Positions 50,235-57,380 of a DNA stretch of 64,000 bases are shown in pieces (the stretch's first letter is position 1; each line of letters begins with the position of its first letter). Origin of the DNA: a virus; the IMG/VR virus record IMGVR_UViG_3300029258_003681; one strand, written 5' to 3'. Position numbers and translations under genes: made by a program. Below the pieces are notes generated by a model. The model did no database searches and had not been told where the DNA came from. It saw only the letters and a program-made list of their open reading frames with translations.

Positions 50235-51016
50235 CGACGACATCGGGTAATATTGCGGGCACTGTGCAGCCTTTTGTTGTTGCGGGCCACGGGACACGTC
50301 CGTGGCCGTATGGCAGCGCAAGGGTCTTCAAGATTGACGAGATCAAGCCTGGTAAGAAAAAGAAGAGGGAGAAGCTCTACTACGGCCAGGTGGGGATGCT
50401 TTATCTAAACACCAGGGGTCAGGTCCAGGAGGCGTTTACCGAGCCTGTTGGCAAGAAGGGCGACAATCTGTGGAAGATTCCTAGCCTGGGCAAGATTGGT
50501 GTATGGAGGACCGTGCGCGGGAAGCGGCATTTCTTTCCCGTTGATGGGTCCAGTCCTATTCCTAAGATTCGTGGCGGTGAGGAAAAGAAGGGCGCGCCCA
50601 AGGGTGCGAAGGCTCAGGGTGGCGGGAGTGCTCCCAAGAAAAAAGGAATCCTGGGCAGGATCATGGACAAGATCTCAAGCGCGCTCGGGGGTGGCGGTGG
50701 GGCTGCATCCAAGGTTAAGGATGTAAAAGGGCCGTCCAAGAAGTCTGGTGGTGCGAAGAAAACCAGTGGTGGCAAGGGTAAAAAGGGCAAGAAAGAGAAA
50801 AAAGCGGAGAGCAAGATCCCAGGCCGCGACGATACTTTGAACCAGACTGATAGTATGATTTTGAAGGCCAGTCGTAGCAAGAGTGGCAAGCGTTTGATGC
50901 CTGCGCTCAAGGGGATGCAGGCTGCATTGAGATCTGATGATCCTGTTGCGTTCAAAAAGGCTGAAGCATCTCTGGCCAAGGCCACTAAAAAGCTGGCAAA
51001 GAAGAAAGGTCGCTAG
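50231..51016 (+). CDS. Lys/Gly-rich basic hypothetical protein
   Basis: GVWRTVRGKRHFF; very basic C-terminal half. Confidence 0.7.
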   Translation: MTTTSGNIAGTVQPFVVAGHGTRPWPYGSARVFKIDEIKPGKKKKREKLYYGQVGMLYLNTRGQVQEAFTEPVGKKGDNLWKIPSLGKIGVWRTVRGKRHFFPVDGSSPIPKIRGGEEKKGAPKGAKAQGGGSAPKKKGILGRIMDKISSALGGGGGAASKVKDVKGPSKKSGGAKKTSGGKGKKGKKEKKAESKIPGRDDTLNQTDSMILKASRSKSGKRLMPALKGMQAALRSDDPVAFKKAEASLAKATKKLAKKKGR

Positions 51017-51802
51017 ATGCTGAGGCGCCTTACTGACGAACTGGGGTTCGTTCTTTTAGAGTCAGCGGGGCGTTTCAATCTTGACATGCGCGCGTACGAG
51101 GATGCGCTTCGTGATGAGATTGATGATTTGTACGCTTGGTCTGAGCGGCGCCATGGCGAAGGGAATGTCGACTTCGACCCCGACAAGGAATTCAAGGTAA
51201 GATTTACAGATTCCCTCAAGAATATGCACAAGCTTGGCAGGGGGTTGGCGCGGACCGTGGACAAGATTGGACGCGATGTGAATCTGACGGTTCGTCCGCA
51301 GTACAGCACCGACAACATATATGCGCCAGTGACTCACGCGTATGTGATGGTCCATAAAGGGAGTAAGCCTGCAAAAAATGCCCCTGGTTTTACTTACTTT
51401 GGGCCGCGCGAGGTTGACGACGTGTTGGACGCGGGGGATTCTGACTTTTTTGATGATCAGGATGTCGAGATTGCCTATTTCCAACTGGTGAACGAGATTC
51501 GTCAGCCTGGCAGCACGCTCAAGGCTGGGAAGCCTACTACGGTCTACACGGCTCGGCCCGCGAAGGATCGCAGGATTTATCAGGGGGTGAAGGCTGTCCC
51601 GTCGGGTATTTTTGTGACGAATAGTCCAGACCGTGCCGAGGGGTTTGGGCGTGAATTTGGGGGGACCGAGGGTAGGGATTTGTGGAAAATTGTGGTAGAT
51701 AGTAAGAATCTCGTGCAGACGCTCAAGTCGGGGCGAACGCGCGATTATCAGATCGTGGGCAAGGGCAAAGTCCCGATCAAGAGTATCGAGCGGTTGGCTT
51801 GA
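51017..51802 (+). CDS. Hypothetical protein with possible ADP-ribosyltransferase-like C-terminal fold
   Basis: TVYTAR...GIFVTNSPDRAEGF...LWKIVV pattern. Confidence 0.45.
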   Translation: MLRRLTDELGFVLLESAGRFNLDMRAYEDALRDEIDDLYAWSERRHGEGNVDFDPDKEFKVRFTDSLKNMHKLGRGLARTVDKIGRDVNLTVRPQYSTDNIYAPVTHAYVMVHKGSKPAKNAPGFTYFGPREVDDVLDAGDSDFFDDQDVEIAYFQLVNEIRQPGSTLKAGKPTTVYTARPAKDRRIYQGVKAVPSGIFVTNSPDRAEGFGREFGGTEGRDLWKIVVDSKNLVQTLKSGRTRDYQIVGKGKVPIKSIERLA

Positions 51803-51817
51803 TGAAAGGGTAGGACG

Positions 51818-52399
51818 ATGAGCAGAATCAATGATCTGATGGAAAGCATCGAGACGGTGATGGACGAGGAAAAGTGGAGCGCCAAGGTGAAAACCAAGTG
51901 GAGTCCGCCCGAGGGATTTTTCAAGCAGGATGCGGGCAAGATTGCATCAGGTTTGATGAAGGAGTCCAAGGATCAGGCCCAGGCCATGGAGCGTCTCAAC
52001 TTCTACATCAATCGCGCGGGAAAGAATCTTAGTGCGGAGGATAAGGCCCGCTTGGAAGATGCGAAAAAGAAGCTGGCTGCGATGGGGAAGGATGAGAGCA
52101 AGGAATCCGAGAGCGACGGCTCTGTGGAAGAAAAGGGCGACGCGGAGGCTTTGGCCGAGGCGATCGGCGAGTCGCTGATCAATCGCATGGTCAAAGCGAT
52201 GTGGGAGGCGCCCCAATTTCAAAAGTTGCTCAAGGCCAACGAGAAGTATATTGCCAAGCGTGCAGGTTTGGAGGATTCCATACGGATGGGCGTGAAGAAT
52301 GCGCTGATCTTGGCGCTGGTTCAGGCTGATGCGTCGCTGAGTGGGGCGCTCAGTGGTCAGGCGAAGAAGGAGACGCGACAGGCTGTCGCCAGCGTGTAG
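51818..52399 (+). CDS. MRxLIE-type modular protein
   Basis: MSRINDLMES...MDEE; LNFYINRAGKNLS. Confidence 0.7.
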   Translation: MSRINDLMESIETVMDEEKWSAKVKTKWSPPEGFFKQDAGKIASGLMKESKDQAQAMERLNFYINRAGKNLSAEDKARLEDAKKKLAAMGKDESKESESDGSVEEKGDAEALAEAIGESLINRMVKAMWEAPQFQKLLKANEKYIAKRAGLEDSIRMGVKNALILALVQADASLSGALSGQAKKETRQAVASV

Positions 52400-52407
52400 G
52401 AGGCAAT

Positions 52408-52767
52408 ATGGGTGCTATCAAATGGGAGCCCAGGCCATTTCCTGCGAAGGTTCTACGAGTTGTCGATGGGGATACTCTTGATCTGATGATCGACTGCGGA
52501 TTTGGTGTTCATACTCGACAGCGTGTCCGTCTTGCCCGAATTGATACTCCTGAAGTTCGCGGTGAGGAGCGTCCCGAGGGTATCAAGGCGAAGGCATTTG
52601 TGGAGGATTTCCTTCATGGCATTTCACAGGTGCTTGTGACTACTCAAAAGGACAAGGGGAAATTCGGCCGATATATCGGTGAGATCGTGGTCATCCGTGA
52701 AGGCGAAATGATCAACTTGAGCGATCGGCTCCTGAAAGAGGGTCTCGCAGAGGAGTACAAGGGATGA
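52408..52767 (+). CDS. Thermonuclease (staphylococcal nuclease-like)
   Basis: VLRVVDGDTL, VRLARIDTPE, DKGKFGRYIG. Confidence 0.9.
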   Translation: MGAIKWEPRPFPAKVLRVVDGDTLDLMIDCGFGVHTRQRVRLARIDTPEVRGEERPEGIKAKAFVEDFLHGISQVLVTTQKDKGKFGRYIGEIVVIREGEMINLSDRLLKEGLAEEYKG

Positions 52768-53003
52768 AAAAGCTGATCGAGCAGAGGTTGGATCTTCGGA
52801 ATATTCGGAAGAAGATGGCCGACGACAACAAGATTCTCCAGAAGCACAAAAAAGGGATCATCAAGTGGTTCACTTCTGACGGCAGGAGGGATGAGGACGA
52901 GGCCGAGTCGTTCTTCAAGGCCATAGTGAAGGCCAGCAGTGATCTGTTTCGTCAGCGTCGGCGTGCTGTTTTGCAGAATATCGAGGATGGGACGATTCGA
53001 TAG
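52764..53003 (+). CDS. MRxLIE-type small protein
   Basis: MKKLIEQ. Confidence 0.65.
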   Translation: MKKLIEQRLDLRNIRKKMADDNKILQKHKKGIIKWFTSDGRRDEDEAESFFKAIVKASSDLFRQRRRAVLQNIEDGTIR

Positions 53004-53015
53004 AAGGAGGGTAAG

Positions 53016-53240
53016 ATGCGAGAATTGATCGAGAGGAAATCTGCTGCAAAGAAGTCGGTTGATGGACAGGACATGAGGGAATCATACTATAGCGCTTCGG
53101 ACGGAATATATGGGATTGAGGGAGCGCTAAAAAGCAATGTTTTTGACGGCGATTCCAAGTTGCATGGTGCGTTCAAGAAGCTCATGAAAAGCTTTGATGA
53201 ATTCGGGAAGCAGCTCAATGCACGCTATGATTGGGATTAG
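53016..53240 (+). CDS. MRxLIE-type small protein
   Basis: SD AAGGAGG; MRELIER. Confidence 0.7.
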   Translation: MRELIERKSAAKKSVDGQDMRESYYSASDGIYGIEGALKSNVFDGDSKLHGAFKKLMKSFDEFGKQLNARYDWD

Positions 53241-53243
53241 TCG

Positions 53244-53606
53244 ATGAAAATTCTTACTGCAAAACTGGGCGAATTTCTGGAGGCGATCGAACACAAGTTC
53301 GTCGACGCCAATGCGAAGCCGAATCTGAAGGCGATTGCCAAGGAACTGAAAAAAGTCCTGTCCAAGGACTACAACGTCCAGGCGTGGAAGGACGATGAGG
53401 TTGTCAACGCGCAGAAGGGGTTCCGTGCGGCCGAGATACGAGTCAGTGGCGCTGGGATCGATGTGCGGTACTGGAAGGATGTCAACAAGCGTGGCGGCGC
53501 TCCAGATGCCCAGGAGCGGTTCAACACGCGATCGAGCGGGGTTGTGCATGTAGGGGATAGTGATGTTCTTGATGCTATCGCGTGGATCAAGAAGAAACTT
53601 CGGTAG
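53244..53606 (+). CDS. Hypothetical protein
   Basis: 120 aa; LGEFLEAIE leader. Confidence 0.65.
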   Translation: MKILTAKLGEFLEAIEHKFVDANAKPNLKAIAKELKKVLSKDYNVQAWKDDEVVNAQKGFRAAEIRVSGAGIDVRYWKDVNKRGGAPDAQERFNTRSSGVVHVGDSDVLDAIAWIKKKLR

Positions 53607-53915
53607 ATGCGGCCTCGTTACAAAGTCCTGGATGATCTCCACAACGTACAGTCTCGGGATCAGACACCGCTGAAGAGGGCGACAGTTTCTTGTCGCAGAA
53701 CGAGGCAGAATGTTCGAGCGAAGATCGCGGCGAGGCCGAAGCCATACGGGGCGAAGAGACTCCCGCCGATTGAACCTCCGAAACCGCCCGAGTCCAGGCG
53801 TATGACCGACACGTCCACGACCTGCGGCGCCAGCTGGGCGGGTGGGTACGGCATTCGTTACGGCACGACGACGTCGGCTTGCAATTGCACTGCGACCACC
53901 TGTCGCTGCTACTAG
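53607..53915 (+). CDS. Basic hypothetical protein with Cys-rich tail
   Basis: 102 aa directly after upstream stop. Confidence 0.45.
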   Translation: MRPRYKVLDDLHNVQSRDQTPLKRATVSCRRTRQNVRAKIAARPKPYGAKRLPPIEPPKPPESRRMTDTSTTCGASWAGGYGIRYGTTTSACNCTATTCRCY

Positions 53916-53918
53916 ATC

Positions 53919-53934
53919 ACGAACTCCAGTTCGC
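53919..53934. promoter_or_regulatory. 16-bp palindrome copy 5 (ACGAACTCCAGTTCGC)
   Basis: 9 nt upstream of the -35 box of the tRNA promoter. Confidence 0.7.
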
Positions 53935-53943
53935 AGAAACCAT

Positions 53944-53972
53944 TTGACAATCTGAGGATGAGCGACCATATT
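53944..53972 (+). promoter_or_regulatory. Sigma70-like promoter of the tRNA cluster
   Basis: TTGACA-N17-CATATT, 14 nt before tRNA-Asp. Confidence 0.7.
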
Positions 53973-53986
53973 GGATGGAGACATTC

Positions 53987-54062
53987 GGGGTGTTCGCGTA
54001 GTCTGGACTATCGCACCTGACTGTCGATCAGGGTTTCACGGGTTCAAATCCCGTACACCTCG
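53987..54062 (+). tRNA. tRNA-Asp(GTC)
   Basis: Cloverleaf; CCTGA-CTGTCGA-TCAGG; T-loop TTCAAAT. Confidence 0.9.
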
Positions 54063-54359
54063 CTGAGGAGAGACGAACATGGCAGCGGCAAGAACAATAG
54101 CCACGACAAAGCGCCAACCCGCTGGCGGTAGGCAGGCCGAGCCTCGCCCAGTCGTGGAAGCGGGAAGGCCATAAGACCATGGGACGTCTGAAACAGATTG
54201 CAAAGAAAAAACGGGCGTCCCAGGGGCAAAAGCCACTGTGTTCGACTGCGATCTTTGACAATCTAAATTCCCCATTTCGAGATTCGGGGACGGCTCCTCA
54301 GCGGACTCCTTCCTTTCAGTAATCAGCAGTAGAAAACCAGAGAAGTCGTCTCCGTCATT

Positions 54360-54431
54360 GGCCCGGTAGGCAAATGGTAAGCCGCCAGACTTTCAATCTG
54401 GAGAGTCCGAGTTCGAGCCTCGGTCGGGTCA
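54360..54431 (+). tRNA. tRNA-Glu(TTC)
   Basis: CCAGA-CTTTCAA-TCTGG. Confidence 0.9.
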
Positions 54432-54434
54432 CAC

Positions 54435-54506
54435 GCCCCTGAAGCATAAAAAGCGATGTGTCGGCCTTCCAAGCCGAAGAACTCGGGGCAGTACCGAGTA
54501 GGGGCT
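54435..54506 (+). tRNA. tRNA-Gly(TCC), non-canonical D- and T-loops
   Basis: TCGGC-CTTCCAA-GCCGA; T-loop GGCAGTA; D-loop lacks GG; U73. Confidence 0.8.
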
Positions 54507-54511
54507 CTCAG

Positions 54512-54584
<73 letters not shown>

Positions 54585-54587
54585 CAT

Positions 54588-54668
54588 GGACCGATACCCT
54601 AGTGGTCAAAGGGAGAAGACTTTTAATCTTCTGCGAAAGCTTCCTGGGTTCGAATCCCAGTCGGTCCT
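54588..54668 (+). tRNA. tRNA-Lys(TTT) with 12-nt variable region
   Basis: GAAGA-CTTTTAA-TCTTC; variable region TGCGAAAGCTTC. Confidence 0.85.
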
Positions 54669-54672
54669 TTCA

Positions 54673-54743
54673 GCCTTCATAGCATAGTGGTAGTGCATCG
54701 GGTTGCCAATCCGAGAACGTCGGTTCGAATCCGTCTGAAGGCT
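54673..54743 (+). tRNA. tRNA-Gly(GCC)
   Basis: TCGGG-TTGCCAA-TCCGA; U73. Confidence 0.9.
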
Positions 54744-54745
54744 CA

Positions 54746-54819
54746 AGAGGCGTAGGCAAGCTGGATAAGCCACGAGGTTTTGATCCTCGGGATAGCGGGT
54801 TCAAATCCCGTCGCCTCTT
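54746..54819 (+). tRNA. tRNA-Gln(TTG)
   Basis: CGAGG-TTTTGAT-CCTCG. Confidence 0.88.
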
Positions 54820-54825
54820 CATTTT

Positions 54826-54898
54826 GGGGTTGTAGCTCAATTGGGAGAGCACCTGCCTTGCAAGCAGGAGGTCGTCGGTTCGATCCCGACCAGCTCCA
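54826..54898 (+). tRNA. tRNA-Ala(TGC)
   Basis: CCTGC-CTTGCAA-GCAGG; G3:U70. Confidence 0.95.
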
Positions 54899-54903
54899 CG
54901 AGA

Positions 54904-54975
54904 TGATCCGTAGCTCAGAGGAAGAGCGCACCGCTCCGAACGGTGAGGTCACAGGTTCGAGCCCTGTCGGGTCAG
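54904..54975 (+). tRNA. tRNA-Arg(CCG)
   Basis: CACCG-CTCCGAA-CGGTG. Confidence 0.9.
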
Positions 54976-54979
54976 TCAT

Positions 54980-55051
54980 GCCTGGTTGGCTTAATGGATG
55001 AGCGCACGGCTACGGACCGTGTTTATGTGGGTTCGATTCCTACACCAGGTG
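54980..55051 (+). tRNA. tRNA-Arg(ACG)
   Basis: CACGG-CTACGGA-CCGTG. Confidence 0.88.
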
Positions 55052-55052
55052 C

Positions 55053-55124
55053 TGGGATGTAGCTCAACGGCAGAGTGCCTCCTCGACGCGGAGGAAGTTG
55101 CAGGTTCGATCCCTGTCGTCCCAA
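55053..55124 (+). tRNA. tRNA-Val(GAC)
   Basis: CCTCC-TCGACGC-GGAGG (C33). Confidence 0.85.
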
Positions 55125-55125
55125 C

Positions 55126-55196
55126 TGGCTGGTAGTTCAACGGTAGAACGGGCTCCTTATAAGAGCTTGACGGAGGTTCAATTCCTCCCCGGCCAA
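55126..55196 (+). tRNA. tRNA-Ile(TAT)
   Basis: GGCTC-CTTATAA-GAGCT. Confidence 0.88.
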
Positions 55197-55197
55197 C

Positions 55198-55269
55198 AGG
55201 GGCATAATTCAACGGAAGAAATCTGGCCCTACAAGCCAGAAGTTGGGGGTTCAAATCCCTCTGCCCCTA
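55198..55269 (+). tRNA. tRNA-Val(TAC)
   Basis: CTGGC-CCTACAA-GCCAG (C33). Confidence 0.83.
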
Positions 55270-55281
55270 TCTGAACGATAT

Positions 55282-55356
55282 CCGAGAGTAGTCCAGTGGT
55301 AGGACGCCTGATTTGGGATCAGGAGGTCGCAGGTTCGATCCCTGCCTCTCGGACCA
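55282..55356 (+). tRNA. tRNA-Pro(TGG), CCA encoded
   Basis: CCTGA-TTTGGGA-TCAGG; C1:G72, A73. Confidence 0.93.
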
Positions 55357-55357
55357 G

Positions 55358-55441
55358 CGGGGCGTAGCCGCGCCTGGTTTCTACCCAGGTAAGCGTAGCT
55401 AGGAGCTGGAAACGGGGGTTCGATTCCCTCCGCCTCGGCCA
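55358..55441 (+). ncRNA. Aberrant tRNA-like RNA (normal acceptor stem, T-arm and CCA; rearranged D and anticodon arms)
   Basis: CGGGGCG/CGCCTCG-G-CCA; GGGGG-TTCGATT-CCCTC; internal hairpin CCTGG-TTTCTAC-CCAGG. Confidence 0.7.
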
Positions 55442-55442
55442 T

Positions 55443-55514
55443 TGGCCTGTAGTTTAGTGGAAGAGCGCTGGTTTCCTACACCAGATGTCCTCGGTTCGAG
55501 TCCGAGCAGGCCAG
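55443..55514 (+). tRNA. tRNA-Arg(CCT)
   Basis: CTGGT-TTCCTAC-ACCAG. Confidence 0.88.
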
Positions 55515-55614
55515 CAGGAGCGCCTGTGTGCCTCGTTGTTCCTGATGGGGTCACGCATACGCGCGCGAGGGTGCGCGGGCATGTGGAGGCCGTCTCGCTG
55601 TTGCTGGTTGCGCC

Positions 55615-56088
55615 TCAGCTCCAGTAGCTTAACGCTCCGAATTTGATCTCTATGGATTCAGTTCTTTCGCGAAGGACTTCGATGACTTCTGCATAGACTT
55701 CCTTGAAATTCTTGATGTACAGGTCGATCAGTTCGGGGGTGATTTCTGTGGGCTTGTAGTCATCGAAATCGATATCTGTTGGGAGGTTGTTACTTACGAG
55801 GTTTCCAATCATAAGCATATGCGTGTCTGAAAAGTCGTCCATTGTGAATGGCTCTACGAGATCTTCCTCTCGTTCGTGACCCTCTAAAAGCTCATACAGG
55901 TAGGGGATTTTCTTGCTAGTTTTGCGAGATGTCTGGGTGCCACAGGTTGGGCAGTACTTTGCATCATGGCGTACTATATGCTTCTTGTTTTTGGGGCAGA
56001 ATCGGCTGCCTTTTCGCTCTACGAATGTTTCAGGTTTTACTTTTGCCAGAAGGTAGACTCCGACAAAAAATTCATTTGATATGCCCAT
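55615..56088 (-). CDS. Hypothetical protein with CxxxxxH..CxxC motif
   Basis: SD AGGAG before ATG 56088; FCPKNKKH..YCPTCG. Confidence 0.7.
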   Translation of the reverse strand: MGISNEFFVGVYLLAKVKPETFVERKGSRFCPKNKKHIVRHDAKYCPTCGTQTSRKTSKKIPYLYELLEGHEREEDLVEPFTMDDFSDTHMLMIGNLVSNNLPTDIDFDDYKPTEITPELIDLYIKNFKEVYAEVIEVLRERTESIEIKFGALSYWS

Positions 56089-56099
56089 TTGATTTCTCC

Positions 56100-56276
56100 T
56101 TATTCGCTGTCGTTGAAATCCATCCATTTGTTGAGTTTTTGGAGGGTTTGATCGCTGATTTGTCCATCGCGATAGGGGCCGATATCAGTCCAGATTTCAG
56201 TTAGTAATATTTCGGCATTGACCGCGTCGTTGATGCCATCGGCGATTTCTTTGAGCTTTTCGATTTTGTTTATCAT
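56100..56276 (-). CDS. Small hypothetical protein (58 aa, MINKIEKLKE...), not in ORF track
   Basis: SD GAGG; fills the gap between two minus-strand genes. Confidence 0.65.
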   Translation of the reverse strand: MINKIEKLKEIADGINDAVNAEILLTEIWTDIGPYRDGQISDQTLQKLNKWMDFNDSE

Positions 56277-56734
56277 TTGATTTCCTCTTTTATTTGGAGA
56301 GTGGGGCGCTCACCCTCCTCGTTGTAGGTCTTGTAGTCGGGGTGCGGGGTCCGCTCGTCGACTTTTCCGTCCTTGAGCCACTCGAAGATCGCCTTGGCGG
56401 CCTTGGCGGCTTCGTGGCGGTCGAAGCTCATCGTATTTTCGCAGGAGAGATCGGTCAGCCCGTCGGTGTGGCCTTCTTCGTCGCGGTAGCATATGATTCC
56501 GTCCCAAATTCGGTGCTCGGAGAAGAAGACCGTGCGGCCGAGCGGTTTCATCTTGACCAGCTCGATGATTTTGCCCTCGAAGCTAGTCCACTCGCGCAGA
56601 TTGACGACGTAGCCGTTCTCTCTGCCGTTATGGTAGGTTCGTGAGCATCCGTCGGCCTCAGCATCCTCGAAGAGCAGCTCCAGGCAGGCCAGGACGGTGT
56701 CGGCGAGTTTGTGTGCTTTTTCCAATGTCATCAT
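56273..56734 (-). CDS. Hypothetical protein
   Basis: SD AGGAGG; 153 aa. Confidence 0.7.
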   Translation of the reverse strand: MMTLEKAHKLADTVLACLELLFEDAEADGCSRTYHNGRENGYVVNLREWTSFEGKIIELVKMKPLGRTVFFSEHRIWDGIICYRDEEGHTDGLTDLSCENTMSFDRHEAAKAAKAIFEWLKDGKVDERTPHPDYKTYNEEGERPTLQIKEEIK

Positions 56735-56740
56735 ATCCTC

Positions 56741-57280
56741 CTAAAGGGTGCTGTGGAACGTTTCTTCTGCGAGCCTGTGCTGGGCCTGCTTTCTGGCATC
56801 GTTCTCGGCCTTGCGGGCGACTTCCTCTTTGACTTGCTCGACGATGGGTTCGTAGTCTATCTGGCCGATATTGTAGTAGCTGAAAAGGTCGCTGAGATGG
56901 TCCTCCCAGTCCTCGGGGAGGGTCTCGATGGCCTCGCGGACGATAGCGAAGAGGTGGTCCTCCAACTCGATCTCGGCGTCGGCCTTGAGGCGCTGCATGC
57001 GATCGATCTCGATCTGAGTGTCGATGACCCGTCGGAGGTTGATGCTGGCCAGGCGGCTCCACCCTTGCATCTTGGGGGTGATCTGGTCGGCTTTGATCGT
57101 GTCGATCATGAGGTCGGGATGGGCGGCGCGGAAAAACGTGCAGGCGTCATTCTCGTCCTCGGCCTCGATTGTCATCGTCTCGCTGAGGCTTGTTTCCTCG
57201 TCCTCGTAGGTCCCCGTGATCGTCCATGTGATTTGCTTGGCTATCATCGCGTTCTCCTTCTTGGGCATCTTGCCCAGCAT
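56741..57280 (-). CDS. Hypothetical acidic protein
   Basis: 179 aa; SD AAGGAG before internal ATG (MIAKQ). Confidence 0.7.
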   Translation of the reverse strand: MLGKMPKKENAMIAKQITWTITGTYEDEETSLSETMTIEAEDENDACTFFRAAHPDLMIDTIKADQITPKMQGWSRLASINLRRVIDTQIEIDRMQRLKADAEIELEDHLFAIVREAIETLPEDWEDHLSDLFSYYNIGQIDYEPIVEQVKEEVARKAENDARKQAQHRLAEETFHSTL

Positions 57281-57292
57281 CTTGCATCTCTA

Positions 57293-57321
57293 TTAATAAG
57301 GACTGTGGAGGCGTTTGTCAA
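57293..57321 (-). promoter_or_regulatory. Sigma70-like promoter
   Basis: TTGACA-N17-TATTAA; shares GTTGACAAACGC with the 60915 promoter. Confidence 0.55.
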
Positions 57322-57380
57322 CGGTATACGGCGAGAAAAGAACAATTGCGAAAACCACAAGGATAACGGGCTCTTAAGGG

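Noticed and set aside
54063-54359. tmRNA, SRP or RNase P RNA in the tRNA gap
   Set aside because: No tRNA-like 3' end with CCA, no SRP domain IV hairpin and no RNase P conserved motif recognised
55198-55269. Amber suppressor (CTA) reading and a recoded genetic code
   Set aside because: The centred anticodon in the 7-nt loop CCTACAA is TAC; TAG, TGA and TAA all end well-packed genes, so code 11 fits
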